DNA of 64,000 nucleotides from Octopus bimaculoides. Lineage: Eukaryota. This document shows positions 13,051 to 24,790 of the stretch, piece by piece; the stretch's first letter is position 1, and every line of letters begins with the position of its first letter. Both the position numbers and the translations under genes were made by a program. The stretch spans positions 545,147-609,146 of the forward strand of contig NC_068989.1 in the NCBI RefSeq assembly GCF_001194135.2, in the 5' to 3' direction. Under the pieces are notes generated by a model, which was not told the DNA's origin, did not search any database, and was given only the letters and a program-made list of their open reading frames with translations.

Positions 13051-14649
13051 TCAGCTGACTGCATTTTTTTTTCTTTCTTTTTTCTGTATTCCTATACAAA
13101 TTCTTATGTTCATCTGCATATTTTTTTTTTTTCCTGTGTACTGAATTATGATGGTAAAGTGCATTGATAACAAAGTTTTAATTTCAAAAGTAACAGATAT
13201 TTCAGTTAGCATAGAGTTTAATGTAATCTCTCACAAACAAAAATGTTAGCATTATCTACACAAATAATGGGATTCCTAACACTTAGCAAACACTATCTTC
13301 TCCATTTCAACATAATAGTTTGATACATACAACTAGCTATTATATAATATTCCTGATTTTCATAGTGCAACAAAGTAGCAGCTGAATATTGTTGTAAACC
13401 AGATGTTGCTGTTTACAGTAGGGACTTGGCATTTCAGACAAGATGTCAAGCTAAACAGATAATAGCAAACAATATGGCTTCATCCTTAGCATCCTAGCGA
13501 GAGCTTTCAGCAGAGGAGGAGGAGGAGGAGGAGGAGAGGTGGTAGGGAAGCTGTTATGACACATGATGTTCAAAAACCCTTGACACATGCTGTTCAGGAG
13601 TCCTTAGTAAATATGTTCTTTCTCTTTTTTTTTTTTCTTTTCATTGAAATAAAAGTTGAAGATGTTAAAAGTAGTGTGAGCAGCTTCACTTCCTGATGCT
13701 GGACGACCTACTCACCGACTTCCAATAGGATCAGTTGAACAACCAAATGCTCCCTTTGCATAACTCAACATGCAATACAAGTTAACTGTGCAAGGTTGGG
13801 GACTTTTGGGACCATCATCACTAATATCAGGAATATTAATGTAAATCAGACAAGAGATGTTCCCTCACTTCTGAACCCAGACAAACAAGAAAATTACAGC
13901 ATTCCCCATCAAAATGAGGATATTTATTTTTTTCCTTTCCATATGAATACCAAAGGAATTGTTAACATTTCTTTTTAGCTAAAATCAAGTGAATTTGTAT
14001 ATTCTAGAGCCACATATTTCCCTAAGCAATCAAAAATTACCTTTTACATAAAAGAATTTAAAAAGCATTCATAGAACTTCATTCTTGAAAATGTTTTGGC
14101 CTTTTAACTCAAAACAGTAAAACATAACAATCAGAAGTATTGATCCAGTTCTGAATGATAAGCTCTGTTGAGGACAATTGATCCTAGTTTCATTTCATGA
14201 GGTTTTCAGAGAAAAAGAGAAGTCTTAATATTTCTGGGAATGGGGGGGGGGGACTGACAGTGAATGCCAGGTTCATGACAATTTACAGGTAAAAGATTAA
14301 TGAATGTCATTTAGGAGACAAGAATTCATAACAACTGTGTTTTCTCATAACAAAAACTATAGTCTTGATTAACATTTATCAATGGTTGTGTTTACAATAA
14401 AATAATTCAATAGAAACTTTTTAAAAAGAGCACAGCTGCTGGCAATACTTGTGAAGGAAATGACATCTTTCTTGCATAAATTACTGATGTTAATCAACTG
14501 AACTGACAGGGAAATAAGAAAATAGAAAAGATTTAAATCAATCTGTTTTCTAGAGATTTCATGGCAGATTGTATTTTGGATGTTGTCAACTCTTTTAGGC
14601 CTGAAGGTGTTTAAAAACTATTACAAGACACATAAGTACTTATTTTTAC

Positions 14650-15130
14650 AAACAAATAAAGCGAAATACGTAGAGAAACTTGTCTTATAGATTTTATGCA
14701 GAGAAAACATGAACTATGCAAGTCCAGTGCCAACTCATTGCCTTTCGGTGCCAACAGACCACCAGTGCCTGACCTGTGGCACAGCCTTCCAAGTATGCAT
14801 CAGACAGATTGGCCACAGTTGGACACACTGTGTCCTGCCTTCTTCTCCTACATGATGTCTTTTGGTCATCTTTGACAGCAACGGACAAACTGATAATGAT
14901 AAAATAATGCAACATCCATAGAGAATTGGAAAGTATTTTATGGCTAAATGGAATATGGATGCTTTTGTCTTCTCCCAATCACTGTGCGGGTTTCTCCGTA
15001 AATCAGAGACTGGCATTTCTTTTACTTTGTTTATGGCATGACTTGGTCAATTTTTTTGAATATTTTAGTTTCTGGAAGACTATTTTGTGTTCCACCAGGA
15101 AGCTTGAAACCAGAGTAAACTTAGCATCAA
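14650..15130 (-). mobile_element. RTE LINE C-terminal remnant
   Basis: KASIFHLAIKYFPILYGC, KRHHVGEEGR and HTWKAVPQVRHWW motifs in shifting frames. Confidence 0.55.
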
Positions 15131-15713
15131 AAATTTGAAGCAGAAATCATTCTATAATGACTTCAAGAACATAAATTCAAAGATAAATTTGGAAAAAGTG
15201 GCAAAATAATGCAGAAAGAAACCACCAAATGAATAAATGGAAAGACACAAGAAAATCTATTAGATTCAAGGAAAACTGATATACAGTTGGTGGAAATGAA
15301 ATCAAATAAAATGCTACAACTGAAAAATTTAAGGTTACACAAGTGGAAACCAATTATGCAAACGAATTAGAGGAAACCAAGATTAAAAGAAAAAGTCAGT
15401 AAAACATACACTTGACAACAGGAGAAGGAATCATAAGTCCTGTAAGAATTTACAAAACAGATCAAGAAATAAAGGAAGGGAGATAACCCATACCTCCTCA
15501 TATACAGACGTAAGCAAAAGTGGGACAGAAATTCAATCAGTCAAACAAGTTCAACTATCATAAAACACTTCCAGACAATAAGAATCGAAGAACTAAGTAA
15601 AACAGACCATCGAAGCCAGATTAAAAAGTATAAATCTATTAAAAACAAACCATCATACCAAAGAATTACATCAGTCAAATAAGATCAGAGTTAATACAGT
15701 GGGTTAGAGTACA

Positions 15714-15945
15714 TAACGTCTGTTTTCCATGCTAGCATGGGTTGGATGGTTTGACAGATGCTAACAAATGAGAGAGCTGCACCAGGCTCTATTTTGGCCA
15801 TGGTTTCTATGGCTGGATGCCTTTCCTAATGCCCACCACTTTACAGAATGGACTTGGTGCTTTTAGGGGACACCAGCACAGGCACTCTTTACATAGCACC
15901 AATACAGGTGCCTGAGCACCAGTAGGGTTGCTGAGTAGCTTGCAA
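15714..15945 (-). mobile_element. SINE family C
   Basis: AACGTCTGTTTTCCATGCTAGCATGGGTTGGATGG...GGATGCCTTTCCTAATGCC, the reverse complement of the family C body. Confidence 0.8.
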
Positions 15946-17854
15946 GACATATACACATATATACACACATGTATATATATNNNNNNNNNNNNNNNNNNNN
16001 NNNNNNNNNNNNNNNNNNNNNNNNNNNNNNNNNNNNNNNNNNNNNNNNNNNNNNNNNNNNNNNNNNNNNNNNNNNNNNNNATATATACATATATATACAT
16101 ACATGCACATATATAGTCAACAGATGCAGTCCAGAGATGCTCAAGATAGAAAACACTTCATAGTGGCTCAAATGGTGTGAACTTACACTGCAAAAAACTT
16201 TTATTAAGGACCAAGATTGTGGGGTAAAGAGTGGCTCTAAGAGGAATCCAGGTAAGCAGATATGGAGATGATGTAAATAATCAGATAAACATGCTTGATC
16301 TTGGTATACAAAATATATCTAACCAGTTCGATGGTTAGGTGCCAATCTCTCCGCTCTGAAGACAGAGGCCTGATTGATGGTAATGTTTCTATGCATCCAC
16401 TACTGGTTGCATATTCTTCACTCTTTGTACACTTCATTTGCCAACATTACAACTATTACATCCTTCTGATCCCCCAGAAACAGCTGTCGAACCTGAAATA
16501 CCATGCCTTCCTCACTTAATCTTTTGTGTCTTTTGTACTCCATGTCAATCTGTTCTGTAAATATATAAATCTCTGTATGTTTATACATGAATGTTCATCT
16601 CCAGAATATTTTCAGCTTTTGTTTCTCTCTCTGCATATATACTCCTGTATATATTTACATGTATGTATATGTGCATATTCTATATNNNNNNNNNNNNNNN
16701 NNNNNNNNNNNNNNNNNNNNNNNNNNNNNNNNNNNNNNNNNNNNNNNNNNNNNNNNNNNNNNNNNNNNNNNNNNNNNNNNNNNNNNNNNNNNNNNNNNNN
16801 NNNNNNNNNNNNNNNNNNNNNNNNNNNNNNNNNNNNNNNNNNNNNNNNNNNNNNNNNNNNNNNNNNNNNNNNNNNNNNNNNNNNNNNNNNNNNNNNNNNN
16901 NNNNNNNNNNNNNNNNNNNNNNNNNNNNNNNNNNNNNNNNNNNNNNNNNNNNNNNNNNNNNNNNNNNNNNNNNNNNNNNNNNNNNNNNNNNNNNNNNNNN
17001 NNNNNNNNNNNNNNNNNNNNNNNNNNNNNNNNNNNNNNNNNNNNNNNNNNNNNNNNNNNNNNNNNNNNNNNNNNNNNNNNNNNNNNNNNNNNNNNNNNNN
17101 NNNNNNNNNNNNNNNNNNNNNNNNNNNNNNNNNNNNNNNNNNNNNNNNNAGACAGATACATGCATTCATACAAATATACATGTACCCAAACAAATTTAAG
17201 AATATGAGTAATCTATATTGCAAAATAATTTCATTAAAGTTTATTTTACTCCCAAGACCAAGACAAAGTGACAAGACATTTAATTAGTGAGGCAAATAAA
17301 TGATAAATAAAGCATGGATGACGAACTGATATCGTTTACACAAAGTCTTGAATCAGGAATTTAAATTGAAATATTTCAAAAAAGACAGTTTACTTAGGAG
17401 TGTGTGTGTGTGTGTGTGTTTTGTGTAGAGAGAGGAAGCTGTTCTCCACAACAAGAATATGATGTACAGCAGGAATATGATGTACTGATGAGACAATTTC
17501 CGTTCACTGTCAGTGCATAAAGAAGGAGAAAAAATCTCGCCATGCCTGGACAAAGCACATATGTTTTAATTAATCACAGATAAAAGCTAGAAAACATAAA
17601 CAGAATATTTGGTGATAATTTGGTAGACAGGATAAGAGTGTCAAGCAGGATATTTGACAGTAAAATAGTTTGCTGTGTCATGGCTTTAAGTTCAAATTCA
17701 ATTCAGATCCTCTCAGCTTTCTTCTTTTATTTCCACAGTCAATAACAGAAGTTTCTTTTAGCAACGTACGAAACTACATTTTAAATTTGATAAGCAGCAC
17801 AGTTAATTGAAATGACCCCTACTATATGACTCGCTAGTATTACCGATCTATAGT

Positions 17855-18027
17855 AAGGCAGTGAGCTGGCAGTAGAGTTAGCACATCAAGCAAATTCTGT
17901 CAAGATCGACTTTGCCTTTCATCCTTTTGGGATCTATGAAATAAGAACCAGTTGAGTATTGGGGGTCAATGTAATCAACTGTCCCCCAAAATTTCAGGCC
18001 TTGTGCCTATAGTAGAAAGGAATATTA
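17855..18027 (+). mobile_element. CORE-like SINE (CpG-decayed)
   Basis: GGCAGTGAGCTGGCAG...GACTTTGCCTTTCATCC...GCCTTGTGCCTATAGTAGAAAGG. Confidence 0.8.
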
Positions 18028-18045
18028 CTGATTATCTATATATAT

Positions 18046-19345
18046 CATCATCATCATCATCATCGTTTAACGTCTGCTTTCCATGCTAGCATGGGTTAGA
18101 TGGTTCCACAGGAGCTGGCCAACCAGAGAGTTACAGCAGGTGGCATAGCCATAAAAGACAAGCCTGAATGTATGGATGGCCATGATTCCACTTAGTTTGA
18201 CATGTCTTCTCAAGCACAGCAAATTGCCAGAAGTCTCTGTCCCTTGTCATCTCCTCTGTGAAGCTCCACATCTAAAGATCCTTTCTCATCACTCCATCCC
18301 ACATCTTCCTGGNNNNNNNNNNNNNNNNNNNNNNNNNNNNNNNNNNNNNNNNNNNNNNNNNNNNNNNNNNNNNNNNNNNNNNNNNNNNNNNNNNNNNNNN
18401 NNNNNNNNNNNNNNNNNNNNNNNNNNNNNNNNNNNNNNNNNNNNNNNNNNNNNNNNNNNNNNNNNNNNNNNNNNNNNNNNNNNNNNNNNNNNNNNNNNNN
18501 NNNNNNNNNNNNNNNNNNNNNNNNNNNNNNNNNNNNNNNNNNNNNNNNNNNNNNNNNNNNNNNNNNNNNNNNNNNNNNNNNNNNNNNNNNNNNNNNNNNN
18601 NNNNNNNNNNNNNNNNNNNNNNNNNNNNNNNNNNNNNNNNNNNNNNNNNNNNNNNNNNNNNNNNNNNNNNNNNNNNNNNNNNNNNNNNNNNNNNNNNNNN
18701 NNNNNNNNNNNNNNNNNNNNNNNNNNNNNNNNNNNNNNNNNNNNNNNNNNNNNNNNNNNNNNNNNNNNNNNNNNNNNNNNNNNNNNNNNNNNNNNNNNNN
18801 NNNNNNNNNNNNNNNNNNNNNNNNNNNNNNNNNNNNNNNNNNNNNNNNNNNNNNNNNNNNNNNNNNNNNNNNNNNNNNNNNNNNNNNNNNNNNNNNNNNN
18901 NNNNNNTGCCTCACCACCTCAGCCCAGGTCTTCCTGGGCCTACCTCTTCCACGGGTTCCCTCAACTGTTAGGGTGTGGCACTTTTTCACGCAGCTATCCT
19001 CCTCCATTCTCACCACATGTCCATACCAGCGCAATCGTCTCTCTTGCACGCCACAACTGATGCTTCTAATGTTCAGCATCAGCATTTAACATCCATTTTC
19101 CATGCTAGCATGGGTTAGATGGTTCCACAGGAGCTGGCCAACCAGAGAGTTACAGCAGGTGGCATAGCCATAAAAGACAAGCCTGAATGTATGGATGGCC
19201 ATGATTCCACTTAGTTTGACATGTCTTCTCAAGCACAGCAAATTGCCAGAAGTCTCTGTCCCTTGTCATCTCCTCTGTGAAGCTCCACATCTAAAGATCC
19301 TTTCTCATCACTCCATCCCACATCTTCCTGGGTCTATCTCTCTCA
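18046..19345 (-). mobile_element. RTE LINE 3' segments around a gap; 18079-18312 duplicated at 19098-19331
   Basis: ERRLRWYGHVVRMEEDSCVKKCHTLTVEGTRGRGRPRKTW at 18907-19085, a (CAT)n tail and an identical ~234-bp copy on each side of gap 18313-18906. Confidence 0.9.
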
Positions 19346-19359
19346 CACACACACTTGGT

Positions 19360-19532
19360 GAGAGCTGTACAAGCCATGTAGAGGGACGCAGTTAGTAAGG
19401 TGAGGGTTGGCAATGAGTATAGTAATGAATTCAGTGTACAGGTAGGGGCTCACCAAGGATCAGTCTTCAGCTACCTCTTGTTCATGGTAGTTCTCCAGAC
19501 AATAACAGAGGAATTTAAGTTGGGCAGCCCCT
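19360..19532 (+). mobile_element. Inverted RTE reverse-transcriptase fragment
   Basis: AM*RDAVSKVRVGNEYSNEFSVQVGAHQGSVFSYLLFMVVLQTITEEFKLGSP. Confidence 0.85.
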
Positions 19533-19559
19533 AGGGGCTGCCCAACTTAAATTCCTCTG
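19506..19559. repeat. Perfect 54-bp palindrome with no loop
   Basis: CAGAGGAATTTAAGTTGGGCAGCCCCT|AGGGGCTGCCCAACTTAAATTCCTCTG. Confidence 0.97.
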
Positions 19560-19560
19560 A

Positions 19561-19901
19561 TTCTTGATTCTACCTTGTTCATGGTTAGTGCTTCCAGGAT
19601 CCATGTGTGGGGAATACTGTCAAAAGCTTTTCTAGAATTAGTTCAAGTCATGCTTAGACTCTTCTTCCCNNNNNNNNNNNNNNNNCCCCCCGCCCCAGTT
19701 ATCTTCAGTTTTGGTAACTGATATCTACATAACTGATGTCTCCAGCCAGAGAGGTTTTTCAGCATCCCTTCTGCTCTTCTGGAAACAGGTTTTCTTCTAG
19801 TTGTCTGCCCATTCTCTGTGATATTATTGCAGTTAAGGCTTTGTAAGTTGCAGGGAGACAGGTTAAGGATCTGTAGTTTTGTGGGTTTGTTGTTTCAGTG
19901 G
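19561..19901 (-). mobile_element. R4/Dong-like RLE non-LTR retrotransposon, RT fragment
   Basis: PQNYRSLTCLPATYKALTAIISQRM...FPEEQKGC and KAFDSIPHTWILEAL; the 5' junction abuts (TAA)5 at 19902-19916. Confidence 0.8.
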
Positions 19902-20363
19902 ATTATTATTATTATTCTCATTATCTCTATTGTATCTCCTCTAGATCGTCGATTGTCCTGCTAGATATAGCAGTCAAATGTTGTTTCAGTACAAGGGAAA
20001 ATACAGTAAACCTGAGTAAATCATAGCCAAACAGACAGACAAGAGATTGGAATGGTTTTTAGCTCCATTCAGTAAGGGATAAAACTCACACTTAAATAAC
20101 AACAACAACAACAACAAACTAGAAATAATTTTACTGGTAACTAGAAATAGCAACCTTCCAAAACAAGTAGGAGCAACTCTGAACTTTTATTTAGTCCTTA
20201 ACGAAAGTGGAGCCTTAAGGTTACCACTATGGACAGATGAAGAATGTTCAGATTACTTGTTTTGCTTGGGGTAGCAATTTCACCCCACTCTAAATGATGA
20301 AATAAGTCAACCAAAATTCCTTCAAAGAGACTAATGATGAAGAAGAAGAAGAAGGAGACAGAT

Positions 20364-20394
<31 letters not shown>

Positions 20395-20892
20395 TGATTA
20401 TATTTCAATATGGTTAATTTGAAATGGTTTATGTGCTCTCACCAGCAGAGATTGTGTATGTGTTCATGGCTATTGTACATGTGTATTTATACATACCTAT
20501 ATACACACAAAGCCACATATACATAACCATACTCACAGAAAAGAGAGAGGACATTCATATATATATAAAGACTGATATAAATACTGTATTAATATATTTC
20601 TACACAGATATTTCATTACATGTTTGTCATCATCATAATCACCAGCTTTATGTTCTGTTTTTCTTGCTGACATAGGCTGGATATGACTGTTGTATGAGTG
20701 CATGTGCACGCATGCATGCGCACGCACGCGCACGCACACACACACACACACACACAGAGGATTTCTTTATCTTTGTGTTTGATCAAGGCCATTTTCTCCA
20801 CAAATGCACAGACAAGTGGCATTTAAGCTCATCAAAAGTTTGTCATGTCCTGCAACAAACCATTCTAAGAGAAAGCAGACGATACAAACGAG

Positions 20893-21095
20893 AAGAATTG
20901 TTGCTGCATCAGGCAAATTGTTTGGGGGCATTCCATCTGTCTTTATGCTTTGAGTTCAAATTCCACTGAGGTCTACTTTGCTTTACATCCTTTCAGGGTC
21001 AATAAAATAAGTACCAGCTGATTACTGAGGTCAATGTAATCAACTTACACCCTTCCCTGAAATTGTTGTCCTTGTGCCAAAATTAAAAACCAATA
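20893..21095 (+). mobile_element. CORE-like SINE
   Basis: GAGTTCAAATTCCACTGAGGTCTACTTTGCTTTACATCCTTTCAGGGTCAATAAAATAAGTACCAG. Confidence 0.75.
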
Positions 21096-21184
21096 TACAA
21101 ACTAAAACAATGTATCAAGGTATTAAGGAAGGATAGGGAAATATTAGATTTATAAGCCCTAAAATCCACTCCATAATTGCCCAC

Positions 21185-21420
21185 GAGCATATGGTGTAGT
21201 GGTTAAGAGTGCAGGCTACTAACCCCAAGATTCCAAGTTCGATTCCAGGCAGTGACCTGAATAATAACAATAATAATAATAACATAAAAAAATACCTTAG
21301 GCATGAGACCCCAGGTTTGAAATTTCCCCAAGACACCTGATGAAGGCTGGAGGGTATATCAGCCGAAACGTTGTGTTAACAACAAACAAGATAAGGACAA
21401 ATATCCGTCAAATGTAAATG
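21185..21420 (+). mobile_element. tRNA-headed SINE-like element carrying the hammerhead motif
   Basis: A box TGGTGTAGTGG (21192-21202), B box GTTCGATTCC (21237-46), (AAT)n spacer, then the hammerhead and an AAATGT-like tail. No T4 run until 21563. Confidence 0.7.
21332..21377 (+). ncRNA. Minimal type I hammerhead ribozyme motif
   Basis: Stem I GACAC (21332-36)/GTGTT (21373-77); core CTGATGA (21337-43); stem II GGCTG (21345-49)/CAGCC (21360-64); GAAA (21365-68); palindromic ACGT in place of stem III; GUU triplet with predicted cut after 21372. Confidence 0.75.
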
Positions 21421-23390
21421 ATGTTAAACAATGTTTCCAACAAAATCTAAGTCAAACATAAAATATCAAATTCTTGTCTTCATTAAATAAATCAAACTAG
21501 TGATTTGCTAAAATATTGGTTTGCTTTACTTTATGAAAAAATACCTTTAATAAAACAGTTGCTTTTAAATGCATTGCATCTTCCATGTATCTCCTTTCTA
21601 CCATTTCATTGGTTTGTTGCAAGAAAGCTTATGCACAACTGATAAATTCCCTGAAAGAATTCACTTCTCTATTCTAAAATCAACCATTCCCACATGCAAC
21701 TAGTAATATTGCATTGGGGCAAAATGGGTGATGAAAATATTGATGGCAGTAGAATGTTAATGTGAATGCTTTCAGGTAAATAACTGGGTACCTAACTCTT
21801 CTGGGTTTAAATTCTCAGAGATCACCTTTGGAATTCCTTTTCAGTCAATGAAATCCATAGTTTTATTATCCTGGGACTGATTCAGCTGATTTTCTCTTTT
21901 CCCTAAGAATATTCACCTTTTGCTTAGTCAAAGGAATATTCCAAAGGCAAGAATTAAGAAACTTGTCTTAGTTTACAATTGATACATTGTTCCTTTGAAG
22001 AAATGGTTGGTAGTAAGAATATCAATCCACAGTGTTGCATAGCCATAAGATATAAGCAGGAAAGATTCCAGGTGGTCAAACACTAACAAATGGACAGTTC
22101 CTACATTTTATAAATATGTCAACCTTTTGTCTAGACATGCTTTAAGTTTCCTTGAGGGTGTTCATATTATTGGTCCCACCCCATTGAAGCTGTATATTGA
22201 AGCACACTCTTTATAGTCAATGCACTGATGCAATTTCAATCTTTAATTTGGTAAGATTTAGATGAAGGCAACATAGAAGTAAGAGACATTAACAGTATAA
22301 GAATAACTCTGACACAATTTGAACTCAATATTATGATCTACAAAAGAGAAAATCAGTAAGATAACTTGTTTATCAGTTGAAAAGTTGAGAGTACATTGAA
22401 GTTAAAACCGAATGACTGAACAAGCAACTTAACAAGTGACTATTTTGAAAGAAATAAATTCAATAATTCCGCCTTTTTAAGATTAAAGAATTACTTGGAA
22501 ACATTTTTTTGAAAACAGTTACATGAATGGTTATATTATATAAAACAAAAATTTTTATGGTAAATGAATTAAAAATTTACTACAAAAGTGATAAAGAAAA
22601 ATTGTCTAAGAAATCTTCAGAAAACAAGGTAGTGCCCCAGCATGGCCACAGTCTGGTGACTGAAACCAATAAAAGAAGCAAGAAGGGTGTTAAAAGCATT
22701 GGAGAGATTATAAAGTAAAGAAGTGAAATTGATAGTTTGGACTGTGACAGAATTAGGTGGGAGCTAGATATTGCATAAACAACTGATGTAAGTTGACTGT
22801 CAGCGAAAGCGAAGGAAAACTGAAGAACATGGGAAAGAAAGAGAATGTGAGAGAAGCAGAACTCACAGAGGAATTAATGAAGGATGGAGACGATTGAAGG
22901 AAACATTGCAGAACTCTCCAGCTAATTGCAACGAATAATAAAAGAAATATCTAGTCAAGAAGATATGAAATATGATGTTTCAAAAAAAAAATATATACAT
23001 TGGTATCAGAGCTGGAAGAATTTGCATCATTTGGGTTGATCTGTGAGTTAAACTAAAAAACTGGTTTTTCCAAAACCTAGGATTACCAAAAATATTCATG
23101 TTTTTGACTAAATATTTATTTCATTTTTTTCTGACAATATCTAATTTTCTCTTTAAGATGAGAGAGATTTGGCTACTGTTTCAAGCAGATTAAGCAACCA
23201 AATAGAGGCTCCTGATTGGCTCAAAAAACAGCCAATTGATCAGAGANNNNNNNNNNNNNNNNNNNNNNNNNNNNNNNNNNNNNNNNNNNNNNNNNNNNNN
23301 NNNNNNNNNNNNNNNNNNNNNNNNNNNNNNNNNNNNNNNNNNNNNNNNNNNNNNNNNNNNNNNNNNNTATATATATATATATATATATAT

Positions 23391-23757
23391 CATCATCATC
23401 ATTTAGCATCTGTTATCCATGCTGGTATGGGTTGGATGGTTTGACCAAGGCTGCACCAGACTCCAGTCTAATTTGGCATGGTTTCTACAGCTGGATGCCC
23501 TTCCTAATGCCAACCATTCTGAGAGTGTAATGGGTGCTTTTACACGCCACCAACACGGGTGCCGTTTGCATGACACTGGTATCTGCCACAACTGTGATTT
23601 TGCTCAGCTTGATGGGTCTTCTTCTCAAGCACGACATAGTGCCAAAGGTCTTGGTTATTGCCTCCGTGAGGCCCAACACTCAAAAGGAGTTTTTCACATG
23701 CCACCAGCATTAGCCACTTTGCATCCATGACGCCCAATGCTTGAAAGGTGCTTTACA
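23391..23757 (-). mobile_element. SINE family C
   Basis: (CAT)n tail followed by CCATGCTGGTATGGGTTGGATGG...GGATGCCCTTCCTAATGCCAACC. Confidence 0.8.
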
Positions 23758-24559
23758 CTAAATGATGATGATGATATCATTATCATCATTGTTTAACGTC
23801 TGCTTTCCATGCTGGCATGATATATATATATATATATACACATATATATACAAGGTTTACTCCAATCACATCTAAATGAAATGAAAAGCTTGACTCAGCA
23901 TTTCTTTTACTTTGATGAGAAATTCTCCTAAATTCATATTTCGAAAGTAATTTATATTTTATATATTTTGAAAATGATATATTTACATAAAATAATTTAC
24001 TTGTTTTTAAAAAAGCACTGAGAATGGAATCTCTTATCTTTGCATACAAAAAATGTAATTATATCAGAAGGAAGAAATTGACTTAATGTTATTTAATTTC
24101 AAGATTGTTTTTGCTTGATGATGATGATGATGATGATGATGGAGGAAGGAGGCAGTGGTAGTGGCAGTGGTGATGATGTTGATGTAAGTTAATGGAAGTA
24201 AATGGAAATCTTTGTGATAAATGAGAAATTAGCTCTCAGGGCTTAGAAATGTTTTCAAATCAGCAATTAACAGGTGTTTTAATGGACAGTTTTCATTTTA
24301 TAATTGCTCAACTATTTAATTCTCACAAGCTGGGAGTTAAGCTCTGTTTTGTTTTGTTTGTTTGTTTGTTTTTAATATACTTTGAGATAATGGAACTAAA
24401 TAATTGAAAAAATCTACAGCAATAGTAAGCAAGAAAGGGAAAAAGAAGTCCTGCAGGGAACAGCGTTACTGTACCACCACCACCACCACCACCACTGAAT
24501 AACACAACAGCCAGAGTGCACACTTGGTTGTTTAAGATCAACTTTGTTCTGTCTACCTT

Positions 24560-24790
24560 TGCAAGCACACACACAAGGTGGACAGAAGAAGTACTTCAAG
24601 GACACACTCAGAGTGTCACTGAGATCAACCCTGAGATCAATTTGGAAATGCAAGTGCAAGACTGCCACTGCCTGGAAAAGCTGCACTAACAGAGGTGTGT
24701 CCCCTCCTACGAATAGAACTGGATTGCAGGGGCACAAAGAAAATTCAAGTCCAGAGCTAAGCCCTTACCTTCGGTCCCAACAAACCACCA
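24560..24790 (+). mobile_element. RTE LINE C-terminal remnant
   Basis: GGQKKYFKDTLRVSL...TAWKSCTNRG (cf. GGQKKRFKDTLKxSL). Confidence 0.75.

Noticed and set aside
13714-13870. Minus-strand segment with good acceptor (GGGTTCAG) and donor (CG|GTGAGT)
   Set aside because: All three frames contain stops from the strong acceptor; the shorter 70-nt version relies on a weaker acceptor and gives an unrecognised peptide. A non-coding exon cannot be excluded.
21185-21257. tRNA gene call for the SINE head (likewise heads at 5705, 51242, 52457, 62732)
   Set aside because: The acceptor and anticodon stems do not pair fully and each continues into a repeat body; these are SINE heads, not tRNA genes.
22743-23012. 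TG...CA segment followed by TGGTATCAGAGC (23001-12), resembling LTR + primer-binding site
   Set aside because: This PBS matches plant-type initiator tRNA-Met (animal iMet gives TGGTAGCAGAG); no second LTR, gag/pol or PPT nearby. Probably chance.
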